Positions 56,192-64,000 of a DNA stretch of 64,000 bases are shown here, one piece after another; position 1 is the first letter of the stretch, and the number at the start of each line of letters is the position of its first letter. The DNA is taken from NCBI GenBank assembly GCA_947493945.1, contig CANLSR010000004.1:138748-202747 (forward strand), read 5' to 3'. This DNA is from an uncultured bacterium (lineage in GTDB: Bacteria; Bacteroidota; Rhodothermia; Rhodothermales; Rubricoccaceae). A program made the position numbers and the translations under genes. Below the pieces are notes generated by a model. That model saw nothing but the letters and a program-made list of their open reading frames with translations. It did no database searches and was not told where the DNA came from.

Positions 56192-57925
56192 ATGCAGCCG
56201 ACCGCTCCCCCCCTCCACTTTGGCATCCAACGCGCGCTCCTTGTCCTGACGGGCGTGGCGGGGCTGGGCATCAACTTTGGGCTGTACGACGGCGACCCCG
56301 GGTGGTCACTCGCCGTCATCACCGTGCTCTACGGGGCCCCGCTTGTCGCGGCCCTCGCCGTGACCCGGAGCGCCCGGGCGCGGACGTGGACGCGCGAGAT
56401 CGTCCTCGCGACGGCGTACGGGGTCTCCTTCGGCGACGTAGTCAAGATCATGATGTTCGGGGGGCCGGAGCGGATGGTGTGGCTCGTCCTCCTGCTCACG
56501 GCGACTCCGACCGTCGTCGGCGTCTTCGCGCGCCGGTGGTGGGAGGTGGCGGCCTACGGCGCGTCCGGCGTCGCGCTCTTGGGGGCGGGGTGGGCGGCCG
56601 GCTGGCTGTCGGGCCGGGAGGCGTCCATCGTCGTCGTCGCGACGACGGTCGCCGCGACCGCGCTCTCGCTCGCGACGGCGGCCCGGGTCCGGGCGGAGTC
56701 CGGCCTCCGCCAGTCGAACGAGGACCTGGTCCGGGCCCGCGCTGAGGCCGAGGCCGAGCGGGCGCGGGCCGAGACGGCGGCCCAGGCCAAGGGCGAGTTC
56801 CTGGCCTCGATGAGCCACGAGATCCGGACGCCCATGAACGGCGTCGTGGGCATGGCCGACCTCTTGGCCGACACGGCGCTCGACGCCGAGCAGACCGAGT
56901 GCGTCCAGACCATCCGCACGAGCGCCGACGCCCTGCTGTCGCTCATCAACGACATCCTCGACCTGTCGAAGGTCGAGGCCGGAGGCGTCGAGATCGAGGC
57001 CGTCCCGTTCCGCCCCGGCCAGCTTGCCCAGGAGGCCGCGTCCGTGCTCCGCCTCCAGGCCCTCGGGCGCGGGCTCTCGCTCACGGTCGACGTCGGCCCG
57101 TCGGTCCCGCCCGTCGTGCTGGGCGACCCGACGCGGGTCCGCCAGGTGCTCCTCAACCTGCTCTCGAACGCCGTCAAGTTTACGCACGAGGGCGGGGTGA
57201 CCGTCCGCGTGGAGGGCGCCCCGGGCCGGCTCCGGTTCGCGGTCCAAGACACCGGCGTCGGCGTCGCCGCGGACAAGCTCGACGGCCTGTTCGACCCGTT
57301 CACCCAGGCCGACGCCTCGACGACGCGCGAGTACGGGGGGACGGGGCTCGGGCTCGCCATCAGCCGCCAGCTGGTCGAGCTCATGGGCGGGGAGATCCAC
57401 GCCGAGAGCGTGCCCGGCCAGGGCTCGACGTTCGCGTTCACGGTCGCCGCCGAGCCCTCGGCCGAGCCGGCTCCGACCGAGCGCCCCGCCGTCTCGCCGC
57501 CGACCTCGGCGCGGGGCGCGCTCCGCGTGCTCGTGGCCGAGGACAACGTCGTCAACCAGAAGGTCGTCGTGCGGACCCTCGAACGGCTCGGCGTCGCCGC
57601 CGACGTGGCCGGCGACGGGTCTGAGGCGCTCGCCGCGCTCCGCCGGGCGACCGAGGCGGGGCGGCCGTACCAAGCCGTGCTGATGGACGTCCAGATGCCG
57701 GTGATGGACGGGCACGAGGCCACGCGCCGGCTCCGGGCCGAGCTGCCGGCGGACGTCCAGCCCTGGGTGGTCGCACTAACGGCGAACGCGATGGAGGGCG
57801 ACCGCGAGGCGTGCCTGGCCGCCGGCGCCGACGCCTACCTGTCGAAGCCGGTCCGCCGCGAGGCGCTCGCCGCCGCGCTCGACACGGCCGCGGCCCAGCG
57901 CCCGGCGGCCACGCTCGCCGCCTGA
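56192..57925 (+). CDS. hybrid sensor histidine kinase / response regulator
   Basis: 577 aa. About 5-6 TM segments, His[13 protein letters not shown], HATPase [11 protein letters not shown]-terminal receiver VLVAEDN...[12 protein letters not shown]...LTA. Confidence 0.85.
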   Translation: MQPTAPPLHFGIQRALLVLTGVAGLGINFGLYDGDPGWSLAVITVLYGAPLVAALAVTRSARARTWTREIVLATAYGVSFGDVVKIMMFGGPERMVWLVLLLTATPTVVGVFARRWWEVAAYGASGVALLGAGWAAGWLSGREASIVVVATTVAATALSLATAARVRAESGLRQSNEDLVRARAEAEAERARAETAAQAKGEFLASMSHEIRTPMNGVVGMADLLADTALDAEQTECVQTIRTSADALLSLINDILDLSKVEAGGVEIEAVPFRPGQLAQEAASVLRLQALGRGLSLTVDVGPSVPPVVLGDPTRVRQVLLNLLSNAVKFTHEGGVTVRVEGAPGRLRFAVQDTGVGVAADKLDGLFDPFTQADASTTREYGGTGLGLAISRQLVELMGGEIHAESVPGQGSTFAFTVAAEPSAEPAPTERPAVSPPTSARGALRVLVAEDNVVNQKVVVRTLERLGVAADVAGDGSEALAALRRATEAGRPYQAVLMDVQMPVMDGHEATRRLRAELPADVQPWVVALTANAMEGDREACLAAGADAYLSKPVRREALAAALDTAAAQRPAATLAA

Positions 57926-58037
57926 GCCCGCCCCACGCCGCCGGCTGGCGGACGCGGCCGGAGAGGGGTTCAGGGTGTGAAGAGGGGACGACGGCTGTCA
58001 ACCTTCAGCCCGGGGCTATCGCATACTTAGCGAGCAT

Positions 58038-58171
58038 GTCATCCTGGACGACCGCGCAGCGACGGCGCAGACAACGTGAAGGATCTCGACGCGGACTCCC
58101 CCAGGTTATCGGTGCCGGTCCCGACGGCTAGCGGCGTCGGCGTCGAGATCCTTCGCTGCGCTCAGGATGAC
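58038..58171. repeat. 134-bp inverted-repeat element (MITE-like or structured RNA)
   Basis: The right arm (58140-58171) read on the opposite strand is GTCATCCTGAGCGCAGCGAAGGATCTCGACGC. The left arm (58038-58092) is the same sequence interrupted by 7-nt and 16-nt insertions. It lies in a locally low-GC convergent spacer. Confidence 0.6.
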
Positions 58172-58217
58172 GCTGTAGAGAGTATGCGGTAGCTCTGCCT
58201 TCGACCCCACGCATCCC

Positions 58218-58985
58218 TCACCTCGTGAGTTGTCCGCCGTCGATGAGGAAGCGGGCGCCGGTGACGAACGACGAGGCGTCGGAGGCGAGGTAGAGCGCCA
58301 GCGGCGCCAGCTCCTCCGGCTCGGCGATGCGCTGCTGGGGGATCATCCGCTTGAGCTGCTTGGCGCCCGCCTCGTCCTGCCACAGCACCGACGAAAACTG
58401 GGTCTTGACAAAGCCCGGCACGATGGCGTTCACGCGGACGTCCGGCGCCAGCTCGGCGCCCAGCACCTCGGTCAGCATCAGCACGGCGGCCTTGGAGATG
58501 CCGTAGACGCCCATGCCCGGGATCGGCCGCTCGCCGGCCACGCTCGCCACGTTGATCACCGAGCCGCCGCCGCGCGCGGTCATCGACGGCGCGCACGCGC
58601 GGATGGTGCGGAAGTAGCCCTTGACGTTGACGTCGTAGGTCTTGTCCCACTGCGACATCTCGCTCGTCAGGATCGGGCCGAAGTGCGGGTTGGTGGCCGC
58701 GTTGTTGACCAGCACGTCGACGCCGCCCCACTCGTCCGTCACGCGCCCGACCAAGGCCTCCACCGCCTCGTCGGAGCCGGTGTGGGCCGCGACCGCCAGC
58801 GCCTGGCCGCCCCGCTGGCGGATGGCGTCGGCGGCGACGTCGAGGTCCTCCTGGGTGCGGCTGGCGAGGGCCACCCGGGCGCCGGCGTCGGCGTAGGCGT
58901 CGGCGATGGCCCGGCCGATGCCCCGGCTGGCGCCGGTGACGATGGCGACTTTTCCGTCGAGGCTGAGGGAGTGGGCGTCGGGCAT
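58218..58985 (-). CDS. SDR-family oxidoreductase
   Basis: 255 aa. [24 protein letters not shown]. Confidence 0.9.
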   Translation of the reverse strand: MPDAHSLSLDGKVAIVTGASRGIGRAIADAYADAGARVALASRTQEDLDVAADAIRQRGGQALAVAAHTGSDEAVEALVGRVTDEWGGVDVLVNNAATNPHFGPILTSEMSQWDKTYDVNVKGYFRTIRACAPSMTARGGGSVINVASVAGERPIPGMGVYGISKAAVLMLTEVLGAELAPDVRVNAIVPGFVKTQFSSVLWQDEAGAKQLKRMIPQQRIAEPEELAPLALYLASDASSFVTGARFLIDGGQLTR

Positions 58986-59056
58986 GGGGGAGCGGCGGGC
59001 GAGAGGGTAGAGGATAGAGAATGGAGAGCGGGGCCGATTGATCCGCGACGCCCTGT

Positions 59057-60652
59057 CTAGGCCTCGACCACCTCCGCCACGCCTTGGTCGGCGCCGACCT
59101 CGGTCCCGCGGCCGGGCTCGGGCTCGAACGTCTTGCGCAGCGGCAGGCTCGGCACGGCCAACGTCAACAGCCAGCCGACCGCGACGAACCCGAACGCTAG
59201 CGTGTACACGTGGCGCGTGGCGAGCGCGTACGCCTGACGGACCGGCTCGGGCGGAGGCCCCGCCTGCTCCGTCGCGACCGGCGCGCCCTCGACCGGCGCG
59301 CCGCTAGCAGCGCCCGGCCCCAGCGCCGTCACCAGCGTCAGCGCCAGCACGGCGCCCAGCGCGGCCGTGCCCACGGCGCCTCCGATCTGGCGGAAAAACT
59401 GCGCCGCCGAGGTCGCCTGGCCCAGCTTCCGCACGTCGACGGCGTTCTGGACGGCGAGCGGGAACAGCGGAAGCGTCGGCCCGATGCCCAGGCCGCAGAC
59501 GACCATCAGCAGGATCACCGTCGAGAACTCGGTGTCCACCGACAGTCGGGTCAGGCCGAACATGCCGACCGCCAGCACCAATCCGCCGGACACCATGAAC
59601 GCCTTGTAGCGCCCGATCCGCGAGACCAGCTGGCCGCTGACCGTCGCCCCGAACACGACGCCCAGCGAGAGCGGGATCAGCGCCACGCCGGCCGCCGTCG
59701 CCGAAGCGCCCAGCACGTTGACGAGGTAGAGCGGCAGGAACACGACCAACCCCAGGAAGCCCGCGCCGTAGCAGAACAGCGCCGCGACCGACGCCGAGAA
59801 GATCCGCTGGCGGAACAGGCCCAGGTCCAGCAGCGGGTCGGACGTCTTGAGCGAGCGCACCACAAACCCCGCCAGCCCGACGGCGCCCGCCGCCCCGAGC
59901 CCCAGCGTGACGGTGCCGGTCCAGGGGTACGCTCCCTTGTCGAGCTGGAGCGCCAGCACGGCCGGCACCAGCCCGGCGATCAGCAGCGCCGCGCCCAGGA
60001 AGTCCAGGCGCCCGCCCTCGGCCGGCTCCAGCGGCGGCATCCGGCGGAGCACGAACCACAGCGCCACGGCCCCGAACGGCACGTTGACGTAGAACACCCA
60101 GCGCCAGCCGGCCACGCCGGGGATCCACCCGTCGGCGTAGTCGGTCAGGAAGCCGCCCAGGACCGGCCCCAGCACGCTCGCGATGCCGAACGCGGCGCCG
60201 ACGAACCCCTGGTACTTGCCGCGCTCGGCCGGCGGGAACAGGTCGGCGATGACGATAAAGGCCATCGCGAACAGGCCGGCCCCGCCCAGACCTTGGACCG
60301 CGCGGAAGATGATGAGCTGGGACATCCCGTCGCCCAGGACCGGCAGCGGCCCGAACTCGCCGGCCAGCCCGCACAGCGCCGAGCCGAGCAGGAACAGCCC
60401 GATGGCCCACAGCTCGATGGTCCGGCGGCTGGCGATGTCGGCCAGCTTGCCGTAGATCGGGACCATCGCCGTGGACGCGAGGAGGTAGGCCGTCGCCACC
60501 CAGGCGTAGCGCGTGACGCCGCCCAGGTCCTGCACGATGCGCGGCAGCGCCGTGGCGACGATGGTCTGGTCGAGCGCGCCCAGGAAGAGCGCCAGCAGGA
60601 CGGCGAACAGCGTCAGGTTGCGGTCGCGGGGGGACAGGTCGGCAGCGGACAT
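59057..60652 (-). CDS. MFS transporter, DHA2 (14-TM EmrB/QacA-like) type
   Basis: 531 aa. [23 protein letters not shown], 14 hydrophobic segments. Confidence 0.9.
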   Translation of the reverse strand: MSAADLSPRDRNLTLFAVLLALFLGALDQTIVATALPRIVQDLGGVTRYAWVATAYLLASTAMVPIYGKLADIASRRTIELWAIGLFLLGSALCGLAGEFGPLPVLGDGMSQLIIFRAVQGLGGAGLFAMAFIVIADLFPPAERGKYQGFVGAAFGIASVLGPVLGGFLTDYADGWIPGVAGWRWVFYVNVPFGAVALWFVLRRMPPLEPAEGGRLDFLGAALLIAGLVPAVLALQLDKGAYPWTGTVTLGLGAAGAVGLAGFVVRSLKTSDPLLDLGLFRQRIFSASVAALFCYGAGFLGLVVFLPLYLVNVLGASATAAGVALIPLSLGVVFGATVSGQLVSRIGRYKAFMVSGGLVLAVGMFGLTRLSVDTEFSTVILLMVVCGLGIGPTLPLFPLAVQNAVDVRKLGQATSAAQFFRQIGGAVGTAALGAVLALTLVTALGPGAASGAPVEGAPVATEQAGPPPEPVRQAYALATRHVYTLAFGFVAVGWLLTLAVPSLPLRKTFEPEPGRGTEVGADQGVAEVVEA

Positions 60653-60745
60653 CGGCAGCGTGTGGTGGAGCGGCCCGTGAACGCCGCCGGTGCGGAAGGG
60701 TCCGCCGGCGCGGCACTCTCACGAACGCCCCGACGGGCGGCCCGT

Positions 60746-60773
60746 CCGACTGGCGGAGAACGTCCGCCAGCGG
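60746..60773. repeat. REP family 1
   Basis: CCGaCTGGCGGAgaacgTCCGCCAGCGG in the MFS / oxidoreductase spacer. Confidence 0.85.
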
Positions 60774-60956
60774 GGCGGCGCGAGCGCCGGTGGGTCGTCG
60801 GTCTCGCTCCCCCCGCCACTGCCGCCATCGCTTCGCTCCGTGCGGCATCGGCTGTCCACCTCACGAGTGCGGGGGACACGTTGAGTAACGGCGCTAGCCG
60901 GCGCGATGGGCGCACGGACGGGGGGAGCCGCGGCGTGCGGGAGACGGGCCGCCGCG

Positions 60957-61949
60957 CTAGCTCATCTTGACCACCACCTTGCCGCGCGAGGCGCCGCTGT
61001 GCAAGTGCTCGACGGCCTCCACGACCTGGCCGACGCCCTCGAAGTCGGTCTGGTCGATCTCGACGCGCAGCTGGCCGCCCTGCATCAGCCCGACCAGCTT
61101 CTGGACGTGCTCGCGGTAGTCGCGCACAAAGTGGGGCAGGAAGAACGCCCGGATGCTGCCCGACTTGGCCAGGAGCGGCGCGTAGAGGCGCGGCCCCGTC
61201 GTGTCCTCCAGCCCGTCGACGTACTCGCTGACGTAGCCGATCACCAACAGACGCCCGCGGACGGCCAAGTTCTGGAGCGCGAGGTCGAAAAAGCGGCGGC
61301 CGACGCTCTCGTACACCACGTCGAACGGCCCGGCTTCTTTGAGCACGGCCTTCAGGTCCGCGTCGCGGTAGTTGATGGCCTGGTCGACCCCCAACTCGCG
61401 CAGGAAGTCGGCCTTCTCGTCGCTGCCGCACGTCCCGACGACGGTCGCGCCGGCGAGCTTCGCCAGCTGGACGGCGTACTGGCCGGTCCCGCCGGCGGCG
61501 GCGGTCACCAGGACGGTCTCGCCGGGCTGGACCTCGCCCAGCACGTCGAGCGCGATGGACGCCGTGATGCCGCTGACGAAGATCGACAGCACCTCGGGGC
61601 TCGCCTCCGGGACGGGCACGGCGTGCTTCGCAGCGACGGTCTGGACCTCGCGGTAGCCTCCGCCCATGCCCATCGTCGCGACCGGCTGACCGACCTCCCA
61701 CCCCGCCACGTCGGCGCCGACGGCCTCGACCACGCCGACGGCCTCGGCGCCCAGGTCGAACGGCACCCTGACGCCCGGCGCGTACCGCCCGGCTGTGATG
61801 TTGACGTCGGTCGCGTTGACGCCGGCCCAGCGGTTGCGCACCAAGAGCTCGCCCGGCCCCGGCTCGGGCACCTCGGCCTCGACGACCTCGGCCGCGGCGC
61901 GGAAGTCCGGCGTGATCTGGCTAGCGACGAGCTTCTGGTAGGTAGGCAT
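60957..61949 (-). CDS. zinc-type alcohol dehydrogenase / quinone oxidoreductase-like (MDR) protein
   Basis: Starts MPTYQKLV. AGVNATDVNITAGRY and VTAAAGGTGQYAVQLAK. Confidence 0.85.
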   Translation of the reverse strand: MPTYQKLVASQITPDFRAAAEVVEAEVPEPGPGELLVRNRWAGVNATDVNITAGRYAPGVRVPFDLGAEAVGVVEAVGADVAGWEVGQPVATMGMGGGYREVQTVAAKHAVPVPEASPEVLSIFVSGITASIALDVLGEVQPGETVLVTAAAGGTGQYAVQLAKLAGATVVGTCGSDEKADFLRELGVDQAINYRDADLKAVLKEAGPFDVVYESVGRRFFDLALQNLAVRGRLLVIGYVSEYVDGLEDTTGPRLYAPLLAKSGSIRAFFLPHFVRDYREHVQKLVGLMQGGQLRVEIDQTDFEGVGQVVEAVEHLHSGASRGKVVVKMS

Positions 61950-62072
61950 GGGTGGGACGAGGGGAGAAGGCAGAACAGGACGGTTGGGCGGGCCGCCAGG
62001 GAGCGCCCACACCCGCGGGCCCGTGGTGACGTCTGGCAGAGGCGGCCCCCGGTGCCCCGTCCGGCCGGCGCC

Positions 62073-62110
62073 CCGCTGGCGGTCACGGCCGGCGAGACCA
62101 ACCGCCAGCG
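62073..62110. repeat. REP-like inverted repeat with 19-nt spacer
   Basis: CCGCTGGCGG...CCGCCAGCG downstream of the DUF2237 gene. Confidence 0.5.
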
Positions 62111-62147
62111 ACAGGCGCCAGTAGGTGGCTGCGCCGTCGCTTTGCGG

Positions 62148-62543
62148 TCAGGCGGGCGCGGCGTGAGACTGGAGGTCGTCTAGGGCGACCGTGTCGAGCG
62201 CCCGGGCGTTCGTGGCCTCCAGCACCACCGGCGGCGCGACGCCGGCCGCCAGCGCCTCGGCCCACCGGCCGACGCACAGGCACCAGCGGTCGCCCGGCGA
62301 CAAGCCGGGGAAGCCCCACTGGGGGCGCGGCGTCGAGAGGTCGTTGCCGCGGCCCTTGGTAAAGTCCAAAAACTCGGCCGTCATCACGGCGCAGACGACG
62401 TGGGTGCCGGCGTCGTCGGGGCCGGTCTCGCAGCGGCCGTCGCGGTAGAAGCCCGTGAGCGGGTCGCGGCCGCACGCTTGGAGCGGGCCGCCCAGGACGT
62501 TTCGGGTCGCGGCGCCGTCGCCGCTGGCGCCAAGGTCAGGCAT
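62148..62543 (-). CDS. DUF2237 family protein
   Basis: 131 aa. NVLGGPLQACG..PLTGFYRDGRC..GPDDAGTHVVCAVMT..FL. Confidence 0.8.
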   Translation of the reverse strand: MPDLGASGDGAATRNVLGGPLQACGRDPLTGFYRDGRCETGPDDAGTHVVCAVMTAEFLDFTKGRGNDLSTPRPQWGFPGLSPGDRWCLCVGRWAEALAAGVAPPVVLEATNARALDTVALDDLQSHAAPA

Positions 62544-62970
62544 CGGAGTCGGGGGCGTCGGTGGGGAAGTCGGCCTCGGTCCAAGCGCGCCAGCCGCCGT
62601 CCATCGACGCCACGTCGGTGTAGCCCATCTCGCCCAGCGAGGCCGCCGCCAGCGCCGAGCGGTAGCCGCCGCCGCAGTAGAGCACGAGCGGCGCGCCGAG
62701 GATCGGCACGGCCGCTTCGACGTCGCGCTCCAGCACGCCGCGCGGCATCGAGACGGCGCCGGGCAGGTGGCCCGCCGCGTACTCGTCGGGCTCGCGGACG
62801 TCGATGAGCGTGAAGCCGCCGGCGTCGTCCGCCAGCCGGGCGCGGACGGCTTGGGGAGTCGTCTCCGCCACCCGCTGGCGGGCGCGGTCGACCAAGGCGA
62901 CGAAGCGGGGGGAGTGGTCCATGGGGGTCACCGTGCGGATGGGGACGTGGGGAGAGGCGGTCGCAGCCAA
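62536..62970 (-). CDS. rhodanese-like sulfurtransferase
   Basis: LIDVREPDEYAAGHLPGA and active-site loop LYCGGGYRS. The start is uncertain (62970 or ATG at 62922). Overlaps the DUF2237 start by 8 nt. Confidence 0.8.
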   Translation of the reverse strand: MAATASPHVPIRTVTPMDHSPRFVALVDRARQRVAETTPQAVRARLADDAGGFTLIDVREPDEYAAGHLPGAVSMPRGVLERDVEAAVPILGAPLVLYCGGGYRSALAAASLGEMGYTDVASMDGGWRAWTEADFPTDAPDSDA

Positions 62971-62991
62971 GGCCTCCGCGCCGGGCGTTCC

Positions 62992-63759
62992 CTAGGCGAA
63001 CTCGCCGCCGGCGACGACCTTGTGGGCCCGCTCGAGCCGCTCCGTCGTGCCGACATCGAGGAACGCGTTGGGCTGCGCGTCGGTCCCGTCGAAGGCGGCC
63101 ACGCGGCGGCCGTCGCGAGCCAGGCCGAGGTAGACGTCCATGACCGAGAACTTGGCCTCGTCGCGCGCCTCGACGCGGTCCAGCAGGTCGGGCGCGCAGG
63201 CCTGGACGCCGCAGAAGTCGACCAGCCGTCCCTCGCCCTGGGCCTCGCGCATGGGTTTCGGCTCGCCGCCGTCCAACGTGTAGCCGGCCAGGCCGCCGTC
63301 ATCAAAAAGAAGCGCGCGGTCGGTGCGGGCCGGCGCGACCGCCAGCGTGGCGAGGCGGCCGTCGGTCGCGTCGCGCTGGCGGCGCCAGAGCGCGGCCAGG
63401 TCGACGGTCGTCAGGATGTCGGCGTTGTGGACGAGGAACGGTGCGCCGCGGCGGAAAAAGCCGGCGGCCTTTTTGATGCCCCCGCCGGTCTCCAGCGGCC
63501 CGTCGGGCTCGTCGCTGACGCGGACCTCGACCCGCTCGCCCGACGGCGTCCGCCAGTCGGCGGCGTCGACGTAGGCCTGGACCTGGTCGGCGAGGTAGGA
63601 CACGTTGACGAGCAGCCGGTCGGCCCCGGCGCGGAGCAGGCGCCGGGCCACGCGCTCGAGCATCGGCACGCCGTCGACCTCGACGAGGGCCTTGGGCGTC
63701 GTGTGGGTGAGCGGGCGCAGGCGCGTGCCCAGGCCGGCGGCGAGGATCATGGCGTCCAT
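62992..63759 (-). CDS. sugar-1-phosphate nucleotidyltransferase (MurU / mannose-1-P guanylyltransferase-like)
   Basis: Starts MDAMILAAGLGTRLRPLTHTTPKALVEV. The upstream 78 codons of the track ORF are shadow. Confidence 0.85.
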   Translation of the reverse strand: MDAMILAAGLGTRLRPLTHTTPKALVEVDGVPMLERVARRLLRAGADRLLVNVSYLADQVQAYVDAADWRTPSGERVEVRVSDEPDGPLETGGGIKKAAGFFRRGAPFLVHNADILTTVDLAALWRRQRDATDGRLATLAVAPARTDRALLFDDGGLAGYTLDGGEPKPMREAQGEGRLVDFCGVQACAPDLLDRVEARDEAKFSVMDVYLGLARDGRRVAAFDGTDAQPNAFLDVGTTERLERAHKVVAGGEFA

Positions 63760-63873
63760 GGGGTGTTCGGGGGTGGGGTCGGAGATCGGGGAGCGCGCTT
63801 TGAAGGCGTCAGAGCGGAGAACCGGGTTGGAGCGGTCCGGTTCAGAGCGTGCCCCCGACCACCCCCGCTCCAG

Positions 63874-64000
63874 ATGGACCTCGACCCCCGCCCCCCCACC
63901 GCCCTCGGCGTCGTCCACGGCTACGGGCTGGCGGGCGCCGGCTCCAACCTGTGGACGCGCGCCATCCTGCGGGCCCTCGCGCGCGGCGGGCACACCGTCC
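63874..64000 (+). CDS. partial CDS, possibly a group-1 glycosyltransferase N-terminus
   Basis: MDLDPRPPTALGVVHGYGLAGAGSNLWTRAILRALARGGHTV, GC3-rich and divergent from the nucleotidyltransferase. Only 42 codons are visible. Confidence 0.35.
   Translation, partial: MDLDPRPPTALGVVHGYGLAGAGSNLWTRAILRALARGGHTV

Noticed and set aside
57811-58131. The 106-aa ORF spanning the kinase 3' end and the inverted-repeat element (…MSSWTTAQRRRRQREGSRR…).
   Set aside because: It overlaps the real kinase C-terminus in another frame. Beyond that it is just a translation of the repeat arm, with no coding periodicity.

Overview
A gene-dense 64-kb chromosomal segment of very high GC (about 70% or more by eye), with roughly 65 protein genes. 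Almost all long antisense ORFs in the six-frame track are GC-driven shadows. The content looks like core genome of a high-GC Bacteroidota/Rhodothermota-like bacterium; this guess rests on a T9SS-type C-terminal sorting domain and the complex I gene layout.

Recognisable genes:
- Small-molecule metabolism at the left end: myo-inositol-1-phosphate synthase, then a VOC / DUF1989 / YqcI-YcgG operon.
- Replication and housekeeping: dnaB, family-4 UDG, coaBC, rpoZ, gmk, yicC, GH1 beta-glucosidase, priA, rpe, tkt, PBP1A, purB, yajC, ribBA, coaE, RidA.
- Respiration: a nuoA-B-C-D-E-(2 unknown)-F-(DUF4920-like)-G-H block.
- Regulation and envelope: sensor kinases, an S8 protease, an ECF sigma operon.
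- Transport and redox: MATE and MFS transporters, quinone oxidoreductases.
- Other: an ACAD / hydrolase / APH cluster, DUF2237, rhodanese, and a MurU-like nucleotidyltransferase.

The most unusual layer is not a gene cassette but repeat biology:
1. A dispersed GC-rich palindromic REP family with core CGCTGGCGG-loop-CCGCCAGCG. There are 15 short-loop copies plus long-spacer variants, mostly just after stop codons.
2. A REP-flanked RAYT (Y1 transposase) gene carrying an in-frame TGA and an internal 28-bp perfect palindrome.
3. A second palindromic element of about 39 nt found only inside coding regions, always in its single open frame. It sits in two tandem paralogs embedded in the nuo operon (in opposite orientations) and in an acyl-CoA dehydrogenase.
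4. REP copies fixed inside terminal extensions of NuoD, PBP1A and several C-terminal tails.

Other items of note: a candidate small SRP RNA upstream of yajC, a 134-bp inverted-repeat element at about 58.1 kb, and three non-nuo genes translationally coupled within the complex I operon.

I saw no CRISPR array, rRNA, convincing tRNA, prophage or defence island.
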